Shown: one piece after another, positions 37,176 to 45,989 of the stretch | Numbering within the stretch: the stretch's first letter is position 1 | How the letters are laid out: each line of letters opens with the position of its first letter | Assembly: GCA_030549895.1 (NCBI GenBank) | Contig: JAUQQM010000001.1 | Coordinates: 44,091-108,090, forward strand | DNA length: 64,000 nucleotides | Direction: 5' to 3' | Origin: Patescibacteria group bacterium | GTDB taxonomy: Bacteria; Patescibacteriota; Minisyncoccia; UBA6257; HR35 | Translations under genes and position numbers: made by a program | The notes under the pieces: generated by a model | What the model was told of the DNA's origin: nothing | Seen by the model: the letters and a program-made list of their open reading frames with translations, nothing else | Databases searched by the model: none

Positions 37176-38201
37176 ATGAAAATTTCAGTAGTTGTACCAA
37201 CAATAAGAGAAAGTTCTATAAGAAGATTTATTGGTGAATGGGGAGAAATTTTTGATAAATATAAAATTAATTTAATTATTATTGAAGATAATCCTATTAA
37301 ATCTTTTGAAATAAATAAGAATTTAAAATTTCCAATCTTTCATTACAGTTGGGAGGATATAGAAAAAGATTTGGGAAAAGATAGTTGGATTATTCCAAGA
37401 AGAACTTCAGCAATTAAAAGTTATGGTTTTTGGAAAGCATATCAGATGAAAAGTGATATGATAATAGCTTTGGACGATGATTGTTACCCATTAGAGAATT
37501 ATATTAAAAACTTCAATAAGAATAATTTTATTAAATCTCATTATGATGCATTGTTTAAGAATACATACCGGGAAATAAAATGGGTTTCAACTATCAGATT
37601 AAAAGACAATATTAGGCCAAGAGGATTACCTTATAAACAAGTGGAAGATATTATTGATCCAAACAAGATTATTTTAAATCATGGTTTATGGGCAAATGTT
37701 CCAGATTTTGATGCTATTACTCAATTAAAATTTAAAAGATTCCCCAGAATTGAAAATTATTTTATTCAACAAATTATCCCTGTAGGGAAATATTTTCCAA
37801 TGTGTGGTATGAATTTAGCATGGAAACGGGAATTGACTCCAGTAATGTATTTTATGTTGATGGGTAAAGACAAAAATGAAAAACCTTGGGGTTTTGATAG
37901 ATTTGATGATATTTGGGCCGGAATTTTTATTAAAAAAATTTGTGATCATTTGGGTTTTAGGATAGTTTCAGGTTATCCGGTTATTTGGCATGATCGAGCA
38001 AGCGATCCTTATAAAAATTTAGAAAAAGAAAGGAGGGGTATAAAAATTAATGAATATTTATGGAAAGAGGTAGATAGGGTTAAATTAACTAAAGATAATT
38101 TAAAAGATTGCTATAGGGAGTTAGTTATTAAGCTTAAAATAAAGGGCGATTATTTTAAAAAATTGAAAAAATCAGTTAATATTTGGATAGAATTGTTTTA
38201 G
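37176..38201 (+). CDS. RGP / UDP-arabinopyranose mutase-family protein (GT75-like)
   Basis: DDDC, RG.PY, HGLW.NVPDFDA.TQL, FPMCGMNLA, MYF.LMG, RFDDIWAG..K.ICDHLG, H.RAS.P..NL.KE match recalled plant RGP motifs in order. Confidence 0.85.
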   Translation: MKISVVVPTIRESSIRRFIGEWGEIFDKYKINLIIIEDNPIKSFEINKNLKFPIFHYSWEDIEKDLGKDSWIIPRRTSAIKSYGFWKAYQMKSDMIIALDDDCYPLENYIKNFNKNNFIKSHYDALFKNTYREIKWVSTIRLKDNIRPRGLPYKQVEDIIDPNKIILNHGLWANVPDFDAITQLKFKRFPRIENYFIQQIIPVGKYFPMCGMNLAWKRELTPVMYFMLMGKDKNEKPWGFDRFDDIWAGIFIKKICDHLGFRIVSGYPVIWHDRASDPYKNLEKERRGIKINEYLWKEVDRVKLTKDNLKDCYRELVIKLKIKGDYFKKLKKSVNIWIELF

Positions 38202-38213
38202 TTTTTTAAAATC

Positions 38214-39122
38214 ATGAGAAAAAAATTAGGTGCAGGGATAGTAACTTATAACAAAAAAGAATTATTTCAAGAATGCTTAAATTCTTTATTAAATCAGACT
38301 TTTAAACCAGATAGTATTTATATATTTGATAATGCATCAACTGATGGCACAACAGAATTTATTTTAAGATTATTTTTTAATGATTTGGTCTATAACCAAG
38401 ACTGGATTAATAGTATTTTTAATAATGTAAGAATCTTTTATAAAAGAAATAATGAAAATATGGGAAGCTCTGTGGGTTTTTTTGAGCTTTCAAAAAAAAT
38501 GTTTGATGATGGGCATGAGTATATTTTGATTACGGATGACGATGTTTTATTTAAGGAAGATTATATAGAAAGATTGCTAAATTTTACAGAAAAAAATAAC
38601 TACAAAATGGTAACATCTTTAATGGTTGAGAATTTTAAAGATTTTAAAGTAAAAAGTGAAAGTCCTATTTTTGCTGGTGGTTTAGTTTCTAGAGATGTTT
38701 TTGAAAAAATAGGTTTTCCAGTTAATGATTATTTTATATATTGGGATGATGTTGAATTTGTTATTAGAGCTGAAAAAGCCGGCTTTAGAATACAAGTTTG
38801 TAAAGAGGCTTTTTGTATTCATGACCAATTTAGGTTTAATAAAGAGGTTATAAAAAAACAAATTAATTTTTTAGGATTTAAAAAAGAGTATTCTAATACA
38901 AATGATTGGAAATTTTATTATGCTTACAGAAATATGGTAATAACTTTAATAAAGCATAAAAAATTTTTTGATTTATTTGTAAAAATTATAAGAGCAATAA
39001 TTTTGGCTTTTATTTTTTTAATTTATAAAGAAATAAATAAATTTAGATTAATTTTATGGGGATTAAAAGATGGTTTATTAATGCGAAAAGGTAAAAATGA
39101 AAAAGTTTTCAAATTTAAGTAA
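38214..39122 (+). CDS. GT2 glycosyltransferase, GlfT1-like
   Basis: VTYN, DNASTDGT, DDD, IGFP...YFIYWDDVEF..R. Confidence 0.82.
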   Translation: MRKKLGAGIVTYNKKELFQECLNSLLNQTFKPDSIYIFDNASTDGTTEFILRLFFNDLVYNQDWINSIFNNVRIFYKRNNENMGSSVGFFELSKKMFDDGHEYILITDDDVLFKEDYIERLLNFTEKNNYKMVTSLMVENFKDFKVKSESPIFAGGLVSRDVFEKIGFPVNDYFIYWDDVEFVIRAEKAGFRIQVCKEAFCIHDQFRFNKEVIKKQINFLGFKKEYSNTNDWKFYYAYRNMVITLIKHKKFFDLFVKIIRAIILAFIFLIYKEINKFRLILWGLKDGLLMRKGKNEKVFKFK

Positions 39123-39130
39123 TAATTAAT

Positions 39131-40105
39131 ATGAAAAAACTATCTTTTATTATTCTAACCTATAACTCAGAAGACGATATAAAAGATTGTTTGGATTCTT
39201 TGTTAAAAAATTTTGATTCAAAAGAAGCAGAGATAATAATCTGGGATAATGATTCATCTGATAATACAAAAAAGATTTTAGAAGATTACAAAAAATTTGA
39301 TTTTATAAAAATTATTTTCAATAACTCTAATATTGGTTTTGCTGAAGGAAATAATGAAGCAAGTAAGTTTGCTAATGGTGAATATATTTGTTTGTTAAAT
39401 GCGGATACTATTTCGGATTACAAGGTTTTTAAGGAAATTTTATATTATATGGAAAATAATAAAGAAATAGGAATCGTTGGCCCTAAATGTGTTAGCGAAA
39501 ATGGTGTTATTCAAGAATCATACGGTTATTTTCCTACCATTCTAAGAGAATTTTTAGGTAAGTTTTTTATGTCATTATACCTAGAAAAAATACCTCTAAT
39601 AAAAAAACTTAAAAATAAATTATTATATCAAGATAATCTGAAAGAAGTTGATTGGGTTGGAGGAGCCTGTGCTATTATAAGAAAAAATGTATGGGATAAG
39701 ATAGGGGGTTTAGATGTTACCTACTTTTTTAGTAATGGTGATATGATAGACTTTTGTTATAAAGCAAAAAATTTAGGATATAAAGTAATTTATTATCCTT
39801 TAGTTTCTATAATTCATAAAGGAAGTCGTTCGGTTACTAAAAATCTTCAATCAAGAATAACTGGCTTGAAAAGTGGATATTTAGGAACACTTTATTTCTT
39901 TAGTCAACATAATAAAAGTTTAGGTTATGTTTATTTTGTTAAATTCTGTTTTATATTTATTTCTTTAACTAAAGGTATAATAGGTAGTTTGCTTATTGTT
40001 TTTAATAGAAAATTTAAGGATTTAGCTTTAAGTCATTTTTATGTTGCTTTGTTTTTATTCAAAAATTTTTTCAATAATAATTTTAAAAAATTATGCAAAG
40101 AATAA
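39131..40105 (+). CDS. GT2 glycosyltransferase (WbbL-like)
   Basis: DNDSSD, NIGFAEGNN, LLNAD, VDWVGGAC. Confidence 0.85.
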   Translation: MKKLSFIILTYNSEDDIKDCLDSLLKNFDSKEAEIIIWDNDSSDNTKKILEDYKKFDFIKIIFNNSNIGFAEGNNEASKFANGEYICLLNADTISDYKVFKEILYYMENNKEIGIVGPKCVSENGVIQESYGYFPTILREFLGKFFMSLYLEKIPLIKKLKNKLLYQDNLKEVDWVGGACAIIRKNVWDKIGGLDVTYFFSNGDMIDFCYKAKNLGYKVIYYPLVSIIHKGSRSVTKNLQSRITGLKSGYLGTLYFFSQHNKSLGYVYFVKFCFIFISLTKGIIGSLLIVFNRKFKDLALSHFYVALFLFKNFFNNNFKKLCKE

Positions 40106-41166
40106 TAATTTGTTCTCCGTCAAAAAATAACATAGTTGGTGGCGTAGAAAGGTTTTGTTATTTATTAAAAGATATTTTAGTTAATAATAATTTTAACGTT
40201 GAAATAGTTAGCAAAGAAGATATAGAAAATAATATTTTTTGGAAAATTTTTAAAAAAATAAAAGGTTTAGATTTAATTATTTTAGGATATTTACTAGGGA
40301 AACTGGCTAATAAACTGAAACCAGATTTAGTTATTACCAATGGTTTGTATGGTTTTAGTACTAAAATTAAATCAATTAATATAGAACACGGAACTTTTGC
40401 TGGTGCTTCAGATAAAATAGATAAAAATATTTTTAAAAAAATAATAAGAAAATATATTTGGGGTTATTTTGAAAAATTAGCTGTTCAAAAAGCAATAAAA
40501 GTTGTTGCTGTTTCAAAATATACCGAAGATTTAATTAAGAAATATTATAAAAGAAAAGACATAGAAGTTATTTTAAATGGGGTTGATATAAATTTATTTT
40601 CAAAAAAAGATAAATTTGAATCAAGAAAGATTTTCAACTTACCCCAAGATAAAAAATTAATTCTCTTTGTTGGTAGATTAAGCTACCAAAAATCTCCCGA
40701 AATTATTTATGAATTAGCAAAAAAATTTGAAAAAGATGATATATTTTTTGTTTTTGCAACTGATAGAGTTTTAAATTGGAATTTAAAAAACGCTATTTTT
40801 CTTTTAAATGTTGATTATCAAAAATTACCATTTTTATATTCAGCTTGTGATGTTTTTATTCTTCCTTCCAAACACGAAGGTTTTGCTTTTACTTTAATAG
40901 AAGCAATGGCGTGTGAAATTCCTTTTGTTATTTCAAAAGTAGGAGGTGCTTATGAAATTTTAGAAAAAACACCAGAATTAAGTGAGTTTGTTTTAGATAA
41001 TTTAAATGTTGATGAATGGTACAATAAAATAAAAAAAGTTTTATTTTTGGAAGAAAAGAAATTGGAGAAAATTAGAAAAATAGAAAGAAAGTTTGTCTTA
41101 GAAAATTGCTCTTTACAAATTTTTGAAAGAAAATATTTAAATTTGATAATGGGTATAATTAAATAA
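40093..41166 (+). CDS. GT4 glycosyltransferase
   Basis: GGVER, FVGRL, PSKHEGFAFTLIEAMA. Confidence 0.88.
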   Translation: MQRIIICSPSKNNIVGGVERFCYLLKDILVNNNFNVEIVSKEDIENNIFWKIFKKIKGLDLIILGYLLGKLANKLKPDLVITNGLYGFSTKIKSINIEHGTFAGASDKIDKNIFKKIIRKYIWGYFEKLAVQKAIKVVAVSKYTEDLIKKYYKRKDIEVILNGVDINLFSKKDKFESRKIFNLPQDKKLILFVGRLSYQKSPEIIYELAKKFEKDDIFFVFATDRVLNWNLKNAIFLLNVDYQKLPFLYSACDVFILPSKHEGFAFTLIEAMACEIPFVISKVGGAYEILEKTPELSEFVLDNLNVDEWYNKIKKVLFLEEKKLEKIRKIERKFVLENCSLQIFERKYLNLIMGIIK

Positions 41167-42042
41167 ATGATTGACGTAATAATTCCAACAAGAAATAGAA
41201 CTAATAGTTTAAAGAAAGTTTTGCCTACTTATTTAAGGCAGAAATATTTAAATAAGATAATAATTATTGATGATGCCTCTGATGAAAATAATAGAAGAGA
41301 ACTTGAAAATTTATTAAAAATTGACAATAGAATTATTTATAAGAGATTTGAAAAACAAATATTTCTTCCTCAAGCAAGAAATGAAGGGATAAATCTTTCA
41401 ACAGCCGAATATATTTTTATGGGAGAAGATGATGTTTATTTAGAAGATAATCATCTTGAAATTCTGGTAGATTTAATGAATAAATATAACGCAGATTTAA
41501 TTGCTGGAAGGAGAATTTATATTAAAGAAAATCAAAACTTTGAAGAAGCTAAAAAAGAGGCTGATAAAGATAAAAGACCAATATTTACTCGATTTCCATT
41601 AGAAGGGTATTTTGAGAGATATTTTGAGGAAGAGATCTTAGATCCTTTATTTCTTCATTCAAATGTTTTAGTAAAAAGAAAGGTGTATGAAAATGTTTTA
41701 TATGATCCTTGGTATAGAGGAAATTCCTTTAGAGAAGATTTAGATTTTTTCCTTAGAGTTTCTGAGTTGGGGTTTAAAATGGTTTTAACTAATAAAACTT
41801 CTTGTTTTCATATAAAAGATTCGATTAATAAAAAAGGTGGGGCAAGAATGAAAAGATTGATTTATGAATACTATGTATGGAAAAATACATTTTATTGTTT
41901 TTACAAAAATAGAAGGATTTTAAGAAAAAAATTAAAGATAAAATTTCCCTTACTTCATGCTTTCTTATCTTTAATTTTGAGGTATCCTTACGCTTTATAT
42001 AGAAGAATAATATGGAAAATTCATCAAAGAAAAAACTATTAA
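41167..42042 (+). CDS. GT2 glycosyltransferase
   Basis: VIIPTRNR, DDAS, ARN.G, EDD, FREDLDF. Confidence 0.85.
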   Translation: MIDVIIPTRNRTNSLKKVLPTYLRQKYLNKIIIIDDASDENNRRELENLLKIDNRIIYKRFEKQIFLPQARNEGINLSTAEYIFMGEDDVYLEDNHLEILVDLMNKYNADLIAGRRIYIKENQNFEEAKKEADKDKRPIFTRFPLEGYFERYFEEEILDPLFLHSNVLVKRKVYENVLYDPWYRGNSFREDLDFFLRVSELGFKMVLTNKTSCFHIKDSINKKGGARMKRLIYEYYVWKNTFYCFYKNRRILRKKLKIKFPLLHAFLSLILRYPYALYRRIIWKIHQRKNY

Positions 42043-43256
42043 TTTTTCTTCACAAGTTCCCTTATCCAGATAATGACAGCACTAAATTTAGGATTTTAAA
42101 TTCTGTAATTTTACCTCTCAGACAATATTTTGATATTAAAATTTTTGTAGTTACTTATGAAAATATAAAAAAAGAGGATTTGAATTTTCTAAAAAATATT
42201 GCTCCTTTAGAGTTTTATATTTTTCCTAAGTGGAGATTTTTTTTAAATATTTTATTAAACTTTTTTAGCTTTAGACCCTTTCAGACAGAAATGTTTTTTT
42301 TTAGAAATATTTTTTTGAAATTTCAAGAAGAAGCTAAAAAATTTGATGTAATATACATTCATACTGTCCGTTTAGGTAAATACATAGAAAAATTGTCTCC
42401 AGAATTAAGAGAAAAGATAATTCTTGATTTTAATGATTCAATTGCGATGCATTATTTAAATGGCTGGAAATATTATCCATGGCATTTAAAATTTGGAATA
42501 TTATTTGAGGGTTATAAATTATATTTTTATGAAAAGTTACTACTTAAAATTTTGAATAATTTTACGATAGTTTCAGAAGTAGATAAAGAATTTATTCTTA
42601 AAAATGTTAAAGAGGATTATATGAAAAATAAAAATTTTATTGTTACTTACATAAGCGCAAAAGTTAAAGACATCGAAAAATCAAATGTCGTAGATAATAA
42701 AAATGCCAGTAAATACATTTGCTTTATGGGTAATTTGAGATATTATCCTAATTGTGAGGGTATTATTCATTTTTTAAAGGATATTTGGCCATCCATTAAA
42801 AGAGAGTTTAAAGATTTAGAGTTTTTAATAATCGGCGATGTTGATAATTCCTTAAAAAAGAAATTTAAAAAAATAGATGGAGTTAAATTTTTAGGTTTTG
42901 TAGCTGACCCTACTTTAATAATTTTGAAAAGTTTAGCCTTTGTCTCACCGGTTAGAATTGGGGCTGGTTTACAAGGAAAAATTGTTGAAGCTATGGTATT
43001 GGGTCAAATTGTTATTTGTTATTATTTGAATATAAAAAAAGTGAATGGATTTGAGGATAGAAAAAATATTATGATATGTAAAGATTTTAACCCCACCGAA
43101 TGGGTAGAAGCTTTAAAATTTATTATAAATAATCGAGAAGAAGCAGAAAAAATTAAAAAAATTGCTAAAAATTTAGCTTTAACTGAATTTACTCCCCAAA
43201 AGGTTTGGGAAAAATACTTTTTTATTTTTAAAAACGTCTCTAATTATGAAGAATAA
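42012..43256 (+). CDS. GT4-like glycosyltransferase
   Basis: FMGNL.Y.PN, GFV.D, P.RIGAGLQGKIVEAM. Confidence 0.82.
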   Translation: MENSSKKKLLIFLHKFPYPDNDSTKFRILNSVILPLRQYFDIKIFVVTYENIKKEDLNFLKNIAPLEFYIFPKWRFFLNILLNFFSFRPFQTEMFFFRNIFLKFQEEAKKFDVIYIHTVRLGKYIEKLSPELREKIILDFNDSIAMHYLNGWKYYPWHLKFGILFEGYKLYFYEKLLLKILNNFTIVSEVDKEFILKNVKEDYMKNKNFIVTYISAKVKDIEKSNVVDNKNASKYICFMGNLRYYPNCEGIIHFLKDIWPSIKREFKDLEFLIIGDVDNSLKKKFKKIDGVKFLGFVADPTLIILKSLAFVSPVRIGAGLQGKIVEAMVLGQIVICYYLNIKKVNGFEDRKNIMICKDFNPTEWVEALKFIINNREEAEKIKKIAKNLALTEFTPQKVWEKYFFIFKNVSNYEE

Positions 43257-44157
43257 AAATATATTAATTGTTAAAATTGGAGCGTTGGGCGATGTGGTAA
43301 GAACAACACCTATTTTGAGGGTTTTAAGAGGAAATAGAATATACTGGTTAACAAGCAAAAAGGCTATTCCCCTTTTGCCATCTAAAGGGTATTTTATAAA
43401 AAAAATTTTTTCTGTCGAAGAAATAAATAAGCTTAAAAATATTAAATTTGATTTGGTGATTAATTTAGAAGAAGACCTGGAAATTGCTAAATTTATAACG
43501 AAAGAGTTAATTTATAAAAAAATTATTGGTGTATTTTACTCTGAGAAAGAAAATAAATTAAGATATACAAAAGAATCTAAGAAATGGTACGATATGAGTT
43601 TAATTTCAGAGCTTGGTTTAAAGAAGGCTAATAAACTGAAATGGGAAAATAAATTATCTTATCAGGAAATTTTATTTTCAATGATAGGTAAAAAATTTAA
43701 GGGTGAGGAATACGTAATTAACTATAAAGTTCGAAATAATTTTAAAAATAAACCCAAAATAGTAGCTATAGAAAAAAATGTAGGAGAAAGATGGCCGATG
43801 AAAAGATGGCCTTTTTATCATTTTTTAAAACCTAAATTAGAAAAGATGGGTTATAAAGTTTTTTATTTAAAATATTACCGAGACATTATAGATTATGTAA
43901 GAGAAATAGATAAATGTGATATTTTAATTTGTGGCGATACTTTAGCAATGCATTTAGGTTTAGCTCTAAAAAAGAAAATTTTAGCTATATTTATTTGCAC
44001 ATCTCCTTCTGAAATTTATGATTACGGCATGATGGTAAAAGTTGTTAGCCCAAAACTTAAACAAGCTTTTTATAAGAAAAGTTATGATAGAAAATTAGTT
44101 TCTGCTTTAAAAGTTAAAGATGTTCTAAGTAAATTTTATGAATTGTTAAAGCTTTAA
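43246..44157 (+). CDS. GT9 (heptosyltransferase-like) glycosyltransferase
   Basis: KIGALGDVVRTTP, WPMKRW, GDTLAMHLG. Confidence 0.82.
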   Translation: MKNKNILIVKIGALGDVVRTTPILRVLRGNRIYWLTSKKAIPLLPSKGYFIKKIFSVEEINKLKNIKFDLVINLEEDLEIAKFITKELIYKKIIGVFYSEKENKLRYTKESKKWYDMSLISELGLKKANKLKWENKLSYQEILFSMIGKKFKGEEYVINYKVRNNFKNKPKIVAIEKNVGERWPMKRWPFYHFLKPKLEKMGYKVFYLKYYRDIIDYVREIDKCDILICGDTLAMHLGLALKKKILAIFICTSPSEIYDYGMMVKVVSPKLKQAFYKKSYDRKLVSALKVKDVLSKFYELLKL

Positions 44158-44169
44158 TTCTGTTAGTTT

Positions 44170-44367
44170 CTACTTAATACCAAAATACTTTTTACAAATT
44201 TCTATTCCTTCTTCTAATTTACAAAATTTTGCTTTAGGATTTAAATTTTCTTTTTTACCTTCACTTAAATTATCAACAACAATAACTTTATGGCCATCAT
44301 TTATGAGTCTGTTCGTTAAGTGACTTCCAATAAATCCTGCTTCACCAGTGACTAAAATTTTTGCCAT
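44170..44367 (-). pseudogene. Internally deleted NAD-dependent epimerase/dehydratase
   Basis: [14 protein letters not shown]...VDNLS.G N-terminus joined directly to the C-terminal LEEGI helix; 65 aa. Confidence 0.75.
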
Positions 44368-44455
44368 ATTCTTAAATTATAAACTAGAAAGCATTATTAC
44401 TAGATATAGACTATTATAAGGAGAGATTAAATGAGATTGAAATTTGAGTAAATAA

Positions 44456-44537
44456 TATAAAATTATTGAGCCATTTGTTGAAGAGCCTATAACTAGATAA
44501 AGTTTCTTATGGTCTTTTAAGTTATGGTTATGATATT
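44456..44537 (+). pseudogene. Frameshifted relic of the 5' part of a dCTP deaminase gene
   Basis: YKIIEPFVEEPIT / KVSYGLLSYGYDI versus intact [26 protein letters not shown]. Confidence 0.75.
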
Positions 44538-45194
44538 GGTTTTTAACTTTAAGAGATCTAAAGTAGTCTTTATTCCATGTTTTATTGGAAAAAGTTTTGA
44601 CTCGCCCGCGCGTGGATAATAAGGAATATTTATTTCATCAAATTTGAATCCAGCTAAAATTGTTTTTATTTTTAATTCTTGAGATAAAGGCATATCGCCT
44701 GATTCAAGATTTATTTTCTTTAAAATTTCTTTTTTAAAAATCATCATTCCTGATTGAGAATCTTTTAGTTTTAAGCCAAAAAGAAAATTTGCTAATAAAG
44801 TTAAAAATTTATTTCCTAAAACTCTTGTAAAATTTAAAGAATTTTTATTTTGTAAAGGAAAACGAGAGCAATTTAAAAAATCTAAATTATTTTTTTCTAA
44901 ATATTCCACAACTTCTAAAATTTTTTCTCCTGGATATTGAGCATCAGCATCTAGGGTTACAATAATATCTCCCTTTGCTTCTCGGAAACCTCTTTGTAAA
45001 GCATAACCATAACCTTGTTTTGTTTCTTTTACAACTTTTGCTCCCAATTTTTTCGCAACTTCTGCTGTTTTGTCACTTGAGTTATTGTTAACAACGATAA
45101 TTTCTAGTATTTTTTCTGTTTTTGGTATTTTATTTAAAGTTTTAGCTATGCCTCTTTCCTCGTTATAAGCTGGTATAACTATAGAGATTTTCAT
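44517..45194 (-). CDS. GT2 glycosyltransferase, DPM1-like (polyprenol-phosphate glycosyltransferase)
   Basis: IPAYNEE, GYG.A, DADAQY, DSQSG, R.GESKL. Confidence 0.85.
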   Translation of the reverse strand: MKISIVIPAYNEERGIAKTLNKIPKTEKILEIIVVNNNSSDKTAEVAKKLGAKVVKETKQGYGYALQRGFREAKGDIIVTLDADAQYPGEKILEVVEYLEKNNLDFLNCSRFPLQNKNSLNFTRVLGNKFLTLLANFLFGLKLKDSQSGMMIFKKEILKKINLESGDMPLSQELKIKTILAGFKFDEINIPYYPRAGESKLFPIKHGIKTTLDLLKLKTNIITIT

Positions 45195-45279
45195 ATAAAA
45201 ATTTTAAAACAAAATTTTTGTAGATATCCACAAATTTACTTGCAATTTTTTTTGAGTTTTTATAAAATTTTCAAAATTT

Positions 45280-45987
45280 ATGAAATGGATTTTGACTGTT
45301 ATTTTTAATTTTTTAGTTTGTATTTTTCTTTTATTTTGGGGTTTTTTAGCTGGATATAATCTTAGAAAGATTACAGCAAGGCTTTACGATAAATATCAAC
45401 TTTATCTTTTAGAGAAAGAATTTTCTAAAACTCCCTATGCAATTGAAATGAGAAATGACTTTTTTGGAGGGAATACTCCTCGGGAGGCTTGGAAAAAGTT
45501 TAGAAACGAACTTCAAGCAGGAAATTTAGATAAGGCAGTTAACTATTTTTGGGGTATTTGGGGAGATGAAAAAGAAAAAAAGCGCTGGAGAGAATATTTA
45601 GAAGAAAAGAAAGATAGCATTTTAAAGTATCCTGAAAAGTTAGTTTTTTCTAAAGAGCTTTTAAATGAAGATCTTTTTGACGAAGAAGTAGGCGCGATTT
45701 TAGCTAGAAAAGAGAATGGAAAACTTTATGGCGGCGAAATTGTTTTTAGAAAAAATCACTATACTAATCTTTGGAAAATAAGAGATATTGATGTAGATGA
45801 AGATTTTTCTTATAGTTTAGAAGAATATTATAAAGAAGCCTACAAAGGTTTTGAAAATTTTGTTCATTGGAAATTTACAGAAGAAGAGAAAGTAGAACAA
45901 TCAAAATTGATTACCCAACATTATTATAGAGATAAAATGCTTGTTGAAAAAGCTTATGAAATCTTATATGGAGAAAAATTAAAGTAA
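45280..45987 (+). CDS. Membrane-anchored hypothetical protein
   Basis: N-terminal TM; FGGNTPREAW..F...L..G.L..A..YF helix pair; 2-nt gap to the next gene. Confidence 0.7.
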   Translation: MKWILTVIFNFLVCIFLLFWGFLAGYNLRKITARLYDKYQLYLLEKEFSKTPYAIEMRNDFFGGNTPREAWKKFRNELQAGNLDKAVNYFWGIWGDEKEKKRWREYLEEKKDSILKYPEKLVFSKELLNEDLFDEEVGAILARKENGKLYGGEIVFRKNHYTNLWKIRDIDVDEDFSYSLEEYYKEAYKGFENFVHWKFTEEEKVEQSKLITQHYYRDKMLVEKAYEILYGEKLK

Positions 45988-45989
45988 TT

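Noticed and set aside
45218-45233. Second origin at TTGTAGATATCCACAA
   Set aside because: Only two overlapping imperfect DnaA-box-like sites in a promoter region; insufficient.
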